DNA from: Mobula hypostoma
Lineage: Eukaryota
Direction: 5' to 3'
Assembly (NCBI RefSeq): GCF_963921235.1
Contig: NC_086108.1
Coordinates: 91,390,001 to 91,454,000, forward strand
Length of the DNA stretch: 64,000 nt
Part shown: positions 1 through 11,694 of the stretch, one piece after another
How the letters are laid out: each line of letters begins with the position of its first letter
Position numbering within the stretch: position 1 is the first letter of the stretch
The notes under the pieces: generated by a model
Told to the model about the DNA's origin: nothing
Database searches by the model: none
Seen by the model: the letters and a program-made list of their open reading frames with translations, nothing else
Position numbers and translations under genes: made by a program

Positions 1-132
1 TTTAAGAGAAATTTGGTAGGTTCATGGATAAGAGGGGTACAGAGGGCTATGCTCCAGGTGCAGCTCAATGGAACTAGGCAGATTAGATGGGCCAAAGGGC
101 TTGTTTCTGTGCTGTAGTGTACTATGAATCTA
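1..132 (+). mobile_element. CR1-clade LINE 3' end (cut by window start)
   Basis: Tail motif GATGGGCCAAAGGGCTTGTTTCTGTGCTGTA plus short terminal repeat, shared with other CR1 tails in the window. Confidence 0.8.
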
Positions 133-215
133 CAGCATTGTAATCTAAGTTTGAGCCCTCTTTCCTTATTTTTGTAACAAACAGGAATGATTAACTATTG
201 TAATCCAGCTGTATA

Positions 216-895
216 CAGTACTGTGCAACAGACTTAGATACATGTAAAGAAAATTCTGTAAAGCAAAAATACTTTCAAAAATAATGAAATGATAAATTTC
301 TGAGTAAAAGTTTCAAAAAATTCACTAAAATGAGCAGTAAGCAGTCAAAAACTAAATCAAATCAATATTTGGTCTGAACACCCTTTGCTTTTAAAACTGA
401 ATCAATTCCCCTAGCTGCATGGTTATGCAGTCTTATAAGAAAATTGACTAGTAGGTTGTTCCAAACATCTTAGAGACCTTGTCACAGTCCTTCTGAAGAC
501 TTTGGCTGTCTGACCTCCTCTGTCTCTCCAGGTAATCTGAGACAGCTGCTAGGATTTTTTTATTTTATTTGCTTATTTATTGAGATACAGCGTGGAATAG
601 GCCCTTCGAGTCACGCTACTCAGCAACCCCTGATTTAACCCTGGCCTAATCACAGGACAATTTATAATGACCAATTAACCTACCAACCAGTATGTCTTTA
701 AACTGTGGGAGGAAACCAGAGCACCTGGAGAAAACCCACAGGATCACAGAGAGAACATACAAACTCCGTACGATGGCAGTGGTACTGTAACTTGTTGTGC
801 TAACCTTGTCACTCATGATCAGGGCTTTGTGGAGGTCCTACCATCCAAAACCATATAAAAAAATCTAGCAGGACTAAAACTTTTGCACAGTCCTG
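216..895. mobile_element. Non-autonomous Tc1-like element (contains a SINE insertion)
   Basis: Left end TA|CAGTACTGTGCAACAGACTTAG and right end CTAAAACTTTTGCACAGTCCTG are inverted repeats; internal sequence resembles Tc1 subtermini. Confidence 0.7.
556..812 (-). mobile_element. V-domain SINE with CR1-type tail
   Basis: Reverse strand has the V-domain-like GGAGTTTGTATGTTCTC...GGTGCTCTGGTTTCCTCCCACAG, then GAAGGGCCTATTCCACGCTGTATCTCAATAAA and an A-rich end. Confidence 0.85.
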
Positions 896-995
896 GTTAT
901 ATTCTTTAAATAAATATTAGTCTTTGTCCATTCTCCGTTAATCCATTTGGTAAGCTCCCTCTTTATACTCACAATAACTTCTCTATATTTATGTT

Positions 996-1090
996 CAGAT
1001 GAAGAGCCTCAACCCTAAAAGTCATTTGTTATTTTTCTCTCCACAGAGGCTGCCTGACCTGCTGAGTTCCTCCAGCAGTTCAGTTTTGCA
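996..1090 (+). mobile_element. Penelope-like pLTR fragment, degenerate hammerhead region
   Basis: CAGATGAAGAGCC...GCTGCCTGACCTGCTGAGTTCCTCCAGCA matches the family at 55403-56110. Confidence 0.7.
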
Positions 1091-1104
1091 CACCAAAATG
1101 TGTA

Positions 1105-1745
1105 GTCAGGTACAAAAATAATTCTGAATAATAATGGAATGTTACCCTTCATGATTTGGGGGCTAAATTATAAATGGAGAAGGGCATATTACAAAAACAA
1201 ATTGCTAATGAGAAGATAACTCCAGCACTGTGATGCATCTGGGCCCTGTTCTTTAGTTAGGATAGATTGATTCTAGAAGTTCAGAACACAATTCATCTGA
1301 ACATTATCAAGGACCCAGTGATTGTATTCTGAAGTGTGTTAACAGAAAACAGATGCTCTTCCATGAAATACGGTATAAAAGGCAACGACATGATTTAATT
1401 GAAGCTTACAGGAATAATCAATAGGGTAGATGTTGAGAAGGATATTCCACTGAGGAAGGATACAAGACAAAAGGACAAACTTAACAATCAAAGCCGAGTA
1501 TTTCGAAAAGGAACTTGCGAAACCTTTCTTCCTACTCAGGATTATGATGGAACACACTTCACTAGCCTGAATGAGTGCTGCACCATAATACTGTAGGAGC
1601 TTAAAATCATCCAGGAACAAGGTAGTTCACTTGAACCCTCTTCTACAAAAGGCAGTAAATGTTGGTACAATTAATAATTTTATAATTAAGATTGACATAT
1701 ATGTAGTGGAGCAGATTATGGATAGTACATTGAGCCAAGGAAAGC
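1105..1745 (+). mobile_element. Old degraded CR1 3' fragment
   Basis: Remnant KLTGIINRVDVEKDIPL resembles the CR1 ORF2 C-terminus. Confidence 0.55.
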
Positions 1746-1819
1746 AAGTGGCACTTTTTTTGATTCATCTATGCCCATGGGTGTAGCTGGCAAGGCCAGT
1801 CCTTTTGGATTGTGGGTGT

Positions 1820-2000
1820 CATAGTGGCTTCATAGTTCCAGAAATCTGGGTTCAATCCTAACCTCTGGTGCTGTCTGTGTGAAGTTCGTATGTCTCATGA
1901 TTACATGGATTTCTTATAATTGACAACCCAAGATATGTCTTTTTTGACACTGTAAACTGCCTCCAGAGTAGGTGGGTGGTAGATTTGTTGGGAATGTCAG
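1820..2000 (+). mobile_element. Degraded V-SINE
   Basis: tRNA-like B box GGGTTCAATCC then GGTGCTGTCTGTGTGAAGTT and CCCAAGATATG...GTAAACTGCC. Confidence 0.55.
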
Positions 2001-2077
2001 AATAATAGGGGTGCCACAGTAGATTAGCGGTCAGCGCAACACAATTACAGCTCAGGACATTGGCGTTCGGACAGCTA

Positions 2078-2146
2078 CAGTACTGCGCAAAAGTCTTAGG
2101 CACATACATATATAGCTAGAGTGTCCAAGGCTCTTGCATAGTACTG
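2078..2146. mobile_element. 69-bp TIR-only Tc1-type MITE
   Basis: TA|CAGTACTGCGCAAAAGTCTTAGG...CCAAGGCTCTTGCATAGTACTG|TA; same TIR family as 216-895. Confidence 0.85.
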
Positions 2147-2169
2147 TATATTATGTTTTTCCAGCTACT

Positions 2170-2520
2170 AAATATGGATATGGAGAGGATGTTTCCTATA
2201 GTGGGTGAGTCTAGGACCAGAGGGCACAGACGAAGAATAGAGAGTTATCTATTGAGAACAGAGTTGAGGAGGAATTTCTTTAGCCAGAGGGTGGTGGATC
2301 TGTGGAATTCATTGCCAACAGATGGCTGTGGAGGCCAAAGCATTGGATATATTTAAAGCAGAGTTTGATAGGTTCTTGATTAATAAGAGTGCCATAGATT
2401 ACAGGGAGAAGGCAGGAGATTGGGGTTGAGTGGGATAGCAAATCAGCCATGATGGAATGGCAGAGCAGACTCCATGGGCCAAATGCCCTAATTCTACTCC
2501 TATACCTTAAGGACCTATAT
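2170..2520 (+). mobile_element. CR1 3' fragment
   Basis: MERMFPIVGESRTRGH...RRNFFSQRVVDLWNSLP plus the conserved 3' UTR. Confidence 0.92.
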
Positions 2521-3004
2521 GACGAGTCTCTAGTTTATTACTCAGTTCTTGATCACAAGATGTTTTACGACCTGCTACTTACATGCGGCTTACTCCACAA
2601 ACACGAAAAGTGACAGAGCTCCTGGAAGAGTAGGAAAGGATTACAATGGTGTCAACAATCAAACTTATAGTAAAATTCCACCAAATCATTGTACCATCTC
2701 TGTGGCAGAAAGATAAAAGAGATGTGATAATGCAGACTGAGCTTTGGAAATTAAGATATACCGGTATCTCCATGACAAAAGCATGTTGTTGAAATCACTA
2801 CTGGGTTCTTTCGGTATTAGTACATCTGGCTGCTTCCAATCTAGTGCAGGGTACATCTGCATTGTTAAACAGAGTGTGGGTCAATATATCTGTAACCTCC
2901 TCAAAGCATTTATAACTCTACACAGTTGTGTCAAAGATGTCATGAATGCATTAATTAGCGTGACAACTATTTCAGCTACTTTTGCCATGGGCTAACATAA
3001 TTCC

Positions 3005-3330
3005 ACATAACAGGGAAACACCACTTTTTACCTTAACCCCCTCACAGAGAGTGGTTCCCTTAAATTCTAAAGATTTATCAATCTTTGTCATGAATGTAAG
3101 TCGCCTCAGTCCTCTTGGGAAGAGAATTCCACAGACTTTCCACCCTCTGAGAAAAAAAACTGACCTTACATCTCTGTCCTGAATGATCAATTTCACCATA
3201 ATCCTGTCAAGCCTCTTAAGAATCCTATGCATTTAAACAAGATCAGCTTTCATTCTTATTAACTCTAGAGGATACAAGCTGAGGCTGCTAAACTCTCCTC
3301 ATTGGACAATCCTGCCATGCCAGAAACCTG
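3005..3330 (-). mobile_element. Degraded CR1 3' fragment
   Basis: ILKRLDRI...FFLRG remnant and AATTCCACAGACTTTCCACCCTCTG motif. Confidence 0.7.
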
Positions 3331-4418
3331 TGAAGAACTAAATATTTTTGAAAATTTAATATTCAGAAACATTCAATATCCATTAAAATTAACATGAGCA
3401 AGAACAATAAAGGCAAGTGTAAATTAAAAACTAAAAGTTACATATATTTAAAAACAATTAAACCAATTTATACAATTTCAATTGATTAAATATTGCAACT
3501 TAGCTGATACATTGCTCAAAGCCATTCCTCTTTATTTGGAAGTATGCTGTTCCTGCACGAAGTCTCACCCAGCACAAATTATTTGAGTGGATTCCTAAAG
3601 GAAAGTGCTAGAGAAATGCACCAACTTTGACTGCATGAGGAGTTCGCTCCAGAATCTGGTGAGAAAAGTCTGTCAACGAGCAGGCAGAAGTTCCAGATGT
3701 AGAGTTCCAAACTTGATGACACGTATTCATGGAAAAGGTTCAACATGGAAAAGAGATAGCAGCCCTCCATTTGCGTTCACATGTGACTTCTTCTGAACCC
3801 CAAACATGGTACATATTTGTACCTCATGCAAATTTATTTGCATAATTGGTCTTCTTTTCCACATTGGTTGTTTGTCAGTCTTTGTTCATGTATAGTTTTT
3901 TCACAAATTCTAATGTATTTATTTATTTTCCTGTAAGTACCTACAAGAAAATGAATCTCATGTTGCACAGTGCCTATAAAAAGTATACCCCCCACCCAGA
4001 AGTTTTCTTATTTTATTGTTTTCCAACATTGAATCACAGTGGATTTTATTTGGATTTTTTGATGCTGATCAACAGAAATATACTCTTTCATGTAAAAGTT
4101 AAACAAATTTCTACAAATTTGTCTAAATTCATTACAATTATTAAACACAAAATAATTGATTGCATAATTACTCACCCCCTTCTAATCAGTACTTAGTAGA
4201 TGCACTTTTGGCAGCAATTACAGCCTTGAGTCTATGTTGATAGGTCTCTATCAGCTGTACACATCTGCACACTGCAATTTTTCTCCATTCTTTACAAAAC
4301 TACTCAAGCTCTGTCAGATTGCATGGGGATTGTGAGTGAACAGCCCTTTTCAAGTTCAGTCACAAATTCTCAATTGGTTTGGGGTCTGGATTCTGACTTG
4401 GACACCCCAGGACATTAA

Positions 4419-4920
4419 TAGTCATAGTCATACATTATTGATCCCGGGGGAAATTGGTTTTCGTTACAGTTGCACCATAAATAATTAAAAGGTAATAAAA
4501 CTATAAATAATTAAATAGTAATATGTAATTTATGCCAGGAAATTATGAAATAAGTCCAGGACCAGCCTATTGGCTCAGGGTGACTGACCCTCAAAGGGGG
4601 GAGTTGTAAAGTTTGATGGCCACAGGCAAGAATAACTTCCTATGACGCTCTGTGTTGCATCTCGGTGGAATGAGTCTCTGGCTGAATGTACTCCTGTGCC
4701 CAACCAATACATTATGTAGTGGATGGGAGACATTGTCCAAGAGGGCATGCAACTTGGACAGCATCCTCTTTTCAGACCCCACCGTCAGAGAGTCCAGTTC
4801 CATCCCTACAACATCACTGGCCTTACTAATGAGTTTGTTGATTCTGTTGGTGTCTGCTACCCTCAGCCTGCTGCCCCAGCACACAACAGCAAACATGATG
4901 ATCGCACTGGCCACCACAGA
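4419..4920 (-). mobile_element. Rex1/Babar LINE 3' fragment inside the Tc1
   Basis: SVVASAIIMFAVVCWGSRLRVADTNRINKLI...HPLH...FLPVAIKLYNS with TATGAC tail repeats; Tc1 sequence resumes at 4921. Confidence 0.9.
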
Positions 4921-5825
4921 CTTTGCTGTTTTTAAGCCATTCCTGTGTAGCTTTGACTTTATGATTGGGGTCATTGTCTTGCTGGAAAATAAATCTTCTC
5001 CCAAGTCACAGTTCGCCAGGTTTCCTCCAGGAATTCCCTGTATTTTGCCGCATTTGTTTTACTCTCTACCTTCACAAGCCTTCCAGGGGGCCTGCTGCAG
5101 TGAAGCATCCCCACAGCATGATGCAGCCACAACCATGCTTCACAGTAGGGATGGTGTGTTTTTGATGATGTGCAGTGTTTAGTTTGATGGCCAAAGAGCT
5201 TAATTTTGGCTTCATCAGACCGTAGAATCTTCCTCCAGCTGCCTTCAGAGTCTCCCATATGACTTCTGGCAAACTCAAGCTGAGAATTCATGTGAGTTTT
5301 TTTTTCAATAGTGGCTTCCTCTTTGCCCCTCTCCCACAAAGCTGTGACTGGTGAAGCATCCAGGTAACATGTTGACTGTGCAGTCTCTCCCATCTCAGCC
5401 ACTGTCCTCCAGAGTTGTCATAGGTTTCATGGTGGCTTTCTTCACTTATCCCCCTCTTGCACAGTGACTCAGTTTTTGAGTTCGGCCTGCTCCAGGCAGA
5501 TTTACAGCTGTGCCATATTCTTTCCATTTCTTGATGATTGACTTAACAGTACACCAAGGGATATTGAGTGACTTTGAAATTTTCTTGTATCCAGCTCCTG
5601 ACGTGTGCTTTTCAATAACCTTTCCACAGAGTTGCTTGGAGTCTTCTTGTGTTTTCATGGTGCAGTTTTCCGTATGATACGTACTCGCCAGCAGTTGGGC
5701 CTTCCAGATACAGGTGTATTTTTACTACAATCAATTGAAACACCGTGACTACACACGGTGATCTCCATTTAACTAATTATGTGACTTCTAAAACCAAATG
5801 GCTGCACCAGTGATGACTTGGTGTG

Positions 5826-5930
5826 TCCTGCCGAAGGATCTCAGGGGGAGCCGGAAACATACTTTTTTCCATGGATACTGCCTGGCCTGCTGAGTTCCTC
5901 CAGCATTTTGTGTGTGCTGCTTTTCTCTTG
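5826..5930 (+). mobile_element. Penelope-like pLTR fragment inside the Tc1
   Basis: CCTGCCGAAGGATCTC...GAAAC...CTGCCTGGCCTGCTGAGTTCCTCCAGCATTTTGTGTGTG. Confidence 0.8.
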
Positions 5931-6369
5931 TTTGATGTTAAAGGGGGTGAGTACTTATGCAATCAATTATTTTGTGTTTTATATTTAGATCACTTTGTAG
6001 AGATCTGTTTTTACTTTGACACAAAAGAGTTGTTTTCTGTTGATCAGTGTCAAAAAAGCTAAATTAAATCCATTGTGATTCAATGTTGTAAAGCATTAAA
6101 ACATGACTATTCCAAGGGAGGTGACTCCTTTTTATTGGCACTGTATGTACTGGTATATACATATTTTGATAATAAATTTACTTTGACTTTGATTTTGAAT
6201 TTCTGAGGGAAACCACATCAATTCTCAGTGGCAATGGGGCTGTTTGTGATAATATTATCATGCATGGGAAGGGGAAAGCAGGGAGCCAGATCAAGCCCAA
6301 AAAGTTGGGGGGGGGGGTAGTTGAGGAAGGGTGATTCAATTTTTTTCTGAAAAATTAACACTAAAATGC

Positions 6370-7165
6370 AATTCTATGCACGTTGCACTTTAGTAGAGGA
6401 AATAAAGGTGTAGAATATTTTCTAAATATCAAACAAATTCATAAATCAGAGGTTCAAAGGGACTTGGGAGTCCTAGCGCTAGTCTCCATAAAGGTTAATT
6501 TGCAGATTGAGTTGCAAGTAAGAAAGGCAAATGCAATGTTAACATTCATTTCAAAAGAGCTAGAATATAAAAACAAGAATGTAATGCAGTGGCTTTATGA
6601 GGCATTGGTCAGACCACATTTGGAGTATTATGAGCATTTTTCAGCTCCAAATCTAAGAAAGGATGTGCTATTATTGGAGATGGTCATGAGGAGATTCATG
6701 AGAATTATCCCAAGAATTAAAAGGTTAAGATAAGAGAAGCATTTGATAGCTCTGGGCCTGCACTAGCTGAAATGCAGATGAATAATGGGGGGAATCTCAT
6801 TAAAACCTACTGAATATTGAATGGCATAGAAGATTGGATGTGAAGAGGATGTTTCCAATAGTGGGAGCTCCTCAGAATAGAAGAATATCCGTCTAGGACA
6901 GAGGTGAGAAAGAATATCTTTAACCAGAAGGTGGTGAGTCTGTGGAAATCATTGCCACAAAAGCTGTGGAGACTAGCTCACTGGGGTACAATTAAAGTGG
7001 AGGTTGTTATGTTGTTGATTAGTTAAAGTGTCAAGAGAACTCATTAGTAAGGGGCAAAATCAAGAGAATGGGGTTGAGATGAAAAAAGTAAGTCAATATG
7101 ATTGAGTAGCAGAGTAGACTTGATGGGCTGAATGGCCTAATTCTGCTCCAATGTATTACGGTCAA
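6370..7165 (+). mobile_element. CR1 3' fragment (RT C-terminus and 3' UTR)
   Basis: MHFSRGNK...QRDLGV...LYEALVRPHLEY motifs. Confidence 0.92.
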
Positions 7166-8721
7166 TTTATGTTTCTATCTTAGTCACTAGTGTTGAAGAT
7201 GGAGTAATAAGCAATGGTAATGGAAGTACCTAACATTTTACAAACTCTTTCATTTTCTTCTCATTCATCTGCTAATGGAAATTAAGATGGACTTTTCAAA
7301 TCATCTGTCTTTTGAAACAGTTTAATTCCGCTATCTGCCCACTAGCTAGTTGTATTTTCTTTCTTTGCATTCACCAACATCATTTAACTGAGATGATAGC
7401 AGAACAGTTCTTCAGGTATTTGGCTTTTATTGTCATTTGCATATAAATACAAAGATAATCCAGAGCCAGAAATTAACATTTTCTTCTAAGTGAGTAGAAA
7501 ACTCATTCATCCTGCAAATGGATAATGACTTCATAAACTACGCAGAATTAGAGAATACTTTTTGGGGAAAAATAAAGATGTGACGAGCTGATGAGGAAAT
7601 GGGAATTATTATTCCCACCACTGTCAATAATTAATACATTATTTACACATGCAGAAGCCTACATCACGGCTTTCAGGATTTCATTTACACTTTGACATTG
7701 GCTCAGCAGCCTAGTTAGCTCCAGAGTGACCCACTCATTAGTGTACTGCTGCACATCAATCACGTCTAGGTGCAGCCTCATTTATAAATGTTACATACCC
7801 AGAAATAATTAGGCTGCTTTCATGCAGCCTTTTTAGTAAACATGAAGACAGCTGGCCCGCCCGACCAATAAACACCGGAGAAAAAGAAACTTGCTTTTGG
7901 ATTAACTTCATTAAAAATTTCTTTGAAGCATAAAAACAAATTAGCTTTCATTGCATTCGCAACAAGGTTTTAGAAAGGCTGCTAAATAGTGTATTTTGAA
8001 AAAGGGAAAAGCACTCCGCATGGCTTATTTTTGTTCTCTCGTACTCATTGATAAATGCAATTACTTACAGATTTATTTTCTCCTTACATCCACTGCAGCC
8101 CATCTCGGAGTGTATTCATGGCACATGACTCATCAGTAGCTGATTAAACTATTGATCTTTTGTGTTGATCCTGTTGTCTTCAACTCCTTGTCCTGGGGTG
8201 GTTGGGGAAAAATATTCACATTAATATTGCAGGGACGGGAATCTGATTTCTTTATCATTGTACACAATTATGGTGACATGTGACCTTCTAAACATTTTGT
8301 TTTGAGGGGCTGTTATTATCAGATTTTTATTGCCTTGCTGTGACAGAACAGCAATATAGGTCTGGAAAAAAAGTAATTTCCTACCATCGTGGCACAATTA
8401 GCGACACTTTGAGACAAAATAGCTGGAGTGTTTGCAGATCACGCAGACTTGTGTTCATTAGGAAGCAATGGCTCAGGAGGTCAGGAGACTAGGCAATAAA
8501 GCAAAACGGAAGAAATGTGAGACCTTAATCTCTTGATTTGAGTAAGCTACTTTCAATCAGGGTAGCAGCTGGGCAGTGTGCTCTGCTTCTGTGTCCCCAG
8601 GCCACAGAAGAGAAAGTTGTTCAGAGTTTCTCTGCATGTGCATGTGCAAGAAGGAATGAATCAAGTTTGCTTGCAAATGACCCACTGACTCATGGGCACC
8701 AGAAAAAGATTAAGATGAAGG

Positions 8722-9020
8722 ATTAAGGAGTATCTTTATCATATTAAATGTACATCAAAACATACAGTGAAATGCATTGCTTGCAGCAATAACTAAAACA
8801 GTCTGACGATGTGCTAGGAGCAGCATGCAAGTGTCACCCTGCTTCCAGTGCCCACCACAACTCACTAACCCGATCATCTTTGGAATGAGGGAGAAAGCCC
8901 ACGTGGTCATGGTCATGGGGAGAGCGTGTAACCTCCTTACAGACAGCAGCGGGAATTGAACCCTGAACTCTAAGCACTGACACTGTAAAGGTGTTGAGCT
9001 AATGGCTATGCTACCATGCT
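8722..9020 (-). mobile_element. V-SINE with non-CR1 (Rex1-like) tail
   Basis: Reverse strand: tRNA-like head GGGTTCAATTCCCGCTGCTGTCTGTAAGGAG, V-domain remnant, tail ATGCATTTCACTGTATGTTTTGATGTACAT. Confidence 0.75.
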
Positions 9021-9179
9021 GCTAAGGGTGATGGTGTTCGTAATACATTGTCCACATTCTCTGACATGTAAAATCTTAATCCACTTCTCAACAGACTCTG
9101 TCTACACTACTTGCTACCTCAGTAACTATATAACAATTACAGCACGGAAACAGGCCATCTCGGCCCGTCCAGTCCATGC

Positions 9180-9550
9180 GGAAAGGCAGGAAGATAATCA
9201 AAGACTTCACCCACCCTGGACATTTCTCTAGTTCCCTTTCCCCATTGGGAGAAGCCACTGAGGCTTGAAAGCAAATTCCAGCAGACACAAGGATAGCTTC
9301 TACCCCACTGTTATAAGACTAATGAACAGTCTCCCAGTGTGACAAGACGAACTTTAGAACATGTGGCTTACCTGGTCCTGGCCTTGCACCTTATCGTGTG
9401 CCTGCACTGCAATTTCTCTAGAACTGTAACACTTTATTCTGCAATATTTTGTTGCTTTTCCTTGCACTAACTCAATGAATTGATGTGATGAATTGAATTG
9501 TATGGAGGGAATGCAAAACAAAGATTTTTTTCCACAACTTAGGAAACCAA
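9180..9550 (+). mobile_element. Rex1/Babar LINE 3' fragment, preceded by a 50-bp CR1 tail on minus (9128-9180)
   Basis: IIKDFTHPGH...SFYPTVIRLMN motif. Confidence 0.75.
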
Positions 9551-10696
9551 TTTGCCAATTTAACTTTTATCCATCATCAGTATAACATTCTCTTCACCAC
9601 TGAACTGCAATTTCAGCTAGAATTATGACCCACAGACAAGTTTTTAGGTAAGTTTTACATATACTAATAAACATGTTTGAGAACATAAGTTTCTAAAAAA
9701 AGTAACAGCAAGAAAAGATCATTTGGTCCTTCAGCCCTGCTCCATCATTCATCAAGACCTTTTACCTTAGCAGCAATTCCTTGTCCTGTCACCAGAAATA
9801 TCCAGAAACCTATTGATCACTGTTTGAAGGCCATCAAAAAATGATGGAGAGGATCACAGCGTTAAGATCAACATGATATCCTTTTGCTTCCTCTGCCTGA
9901 AGCTGTGGATGACTGTGACCCTCCACTAAAATGTCAACTCAAATCATTGTTATGCTAGTCTCCAAAAAAATGAAGTTGATAAGTATTTGACCTGACAAAA
10001 GATTGGTTTATTCTAAATGTCATTAATGGCAGCCTTAAGTAAAGGCTAACAGATAATTTCAGACAGTTTTGTGTGAGTGGTCATTAGTCGTCTATCCCAG
10101 TGGCAGTGATGACTGTTATTTTACATTGTTACAAACTTCCAGGGACATGTGACTGAGCACGAACTCCCTTCACCTGGTGATGAGCAAGATGTATTATTTT
10201 TGAAGTGCCTCTCAAGCCATTAACAAATGGTCAGATATGTGGACCGAATTCCAAAGATTTGTCTTGTGTACTCTTGCCAGGACATGCTCCCTTCGAAGAT
10301 CTGTTGTTAAAACAGACCATTTCTCAAAATCATACTTCATCGGATTGGTTTAATTAAAAATATCCATTAAGGCAAACTACAGCACTAAGCTTATTGCACA
10401 TTACTAATAATGAGAACGAGGAAAAATGGAACATTTTAGAGCACGACAACCTGTCAACCATCATTGAACAATGAAGTGCTTGCATTATCATTTATCTGAG
10501 ACTGTCAGTTCCCATTTCAAACAAAGGTCAATATAAAAGAAAATTATCAAAAATACTTAAAAGGGAGAAACCAGTTGTAACTGCAGATTGGTGTAAAAAT
10601 AACATCAAGGTCCATACAGCACTTCTATATAAAACACGCTGAAAATCTCCTTTGATTATTATCGGTTGGATGTCTTGTTGCAAAATATATTAGAGT

Positions 10697-11062
10697 ATAA
10701 GACCATAAGACATAGGAGCAGAATTAGGCCATTCAGCCCATCGAGTCTGCTCTGCTATTCCATCATGGCTGATCCCGGATTCCACTCAACCCCATACACC
10801 TGCCTTCTCGCCATATCCTTTGTTGCTCTGACCAATCAGGAAATGATTAACTTCCACCTTAAATGTACCCTCGGACTTGGCCTCCACCACATTCTGTGGC
10901 AGAGCATTTCACATATGTACTGCTGTCTGGCTAAAATAATAATCCTTTGTTCTAAAGGGTCGCCCATCAACTTTTGAGGTGATGCCCTTTAGTTCTGGAT
11001 ACCCCACCACAGGAAATATCCTCTCCACATCCACCTACCTAGTCTTTTCAACATTCATAGAT
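10697..11062 (-). mobile_element. CR1 3' fragment
   Basis: ATAAGACCATAAGACATAGGAGCAGAATTAGGCC tail and ORF2 end remnants. Confidence 0.9.
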
Positions 11063-11114
11063 TAACATAAGACTATTATTGATGAATGTTTGAAAACATT
11101 CTTTGTTCCTAACA

Positions 11115-11652
11115 AATGAAGTTCATGATGAGTAAAGCCTTCCCCACTATTGAGCACATCTACACAAAGTGTTGTTGTAGGAAAACAGGGATTCCCACCA
11201 CCCAGGTCACGCTCTGTTCTTGCTGCTGCCATCAAGAAGATGATACAGGAGCCTTAGGACTCACACCAACGTGCTCAGAAATAGTTAGTACCCCTCAACC
11301 ATCAGGCTCTTGAACCAAAGGGAATAACTTCATTCAACCTCATTTTCCCCATCATTGAAATGTTCCCACAACCTATGGACTCACGTTCAAGGACACTTCA
11401 TCTCATGCTCTTGATATTTATTACTTATTTATTTATTATTATTATTATTATTTTTTTTTATATTTGCACAGATTGTTGTCTTTTGCATGTTGGTTGAATT
11501 CCCAAGTTGGTACGGTTTTTCACTGATTCTATTATGGTTTTGTTCTAAAATAGATTTATTGAGTATGCCCGCAAGAAAATGAATCTCAAGGTTGTGTATA
11601 GTGTCATATATGTACTTCGATGATACATTTACTTTGAACATTGAAATTTGAA
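11115..11652 (+). mobile_element. Rex1/Babar LINE 3' fragment
   Basis: FPTIEHIYTKCCCRK and HHPGHALFLLLPS motifs, AT-rich UTR, TTTGAAC tail. Confidence 0.8.
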
Positions 11653-11694
11653 CAACTTGAAAATTGTGCCATGACATTACTTATTAAAGATATT

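Larger units (their letters stand above)
3968..6143 (-). mobile_element. Tc1 transposon with ~210-bp TIRs, frameshifted transposase
   Basis: CAGTGCCTATAAAAAG / CTTTTTATTGGCACTG|TA termini; MKTQEDSKQL...[31 protein letters not shown] and [16 protein letters not shown] motifs. Confidence 0.95.
3835..6200 (+). mobile_element. Rex1/Babar-type LINE 3' UTR split by a Tc1 insertion (3835-3967 and 6144-6200)
   Basis: Joined flanks match the uninterrupted tail near 11460-11650 (CAAGAAAATGAATCTCA...TTTACTTTGA). Confidence 0.7.

Noticed and set aside
2583..2700. Minus-strand exon with good acceptor and GTAAGT donor
   Set aside because: No recognisable peptide and ambiguous frame; cannot be told from chance splice-like signals
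4652..5182. 176-aa plus-strand ORF
   Set aside because: Antisense shadow spanning the Rex1/Tc1 junction
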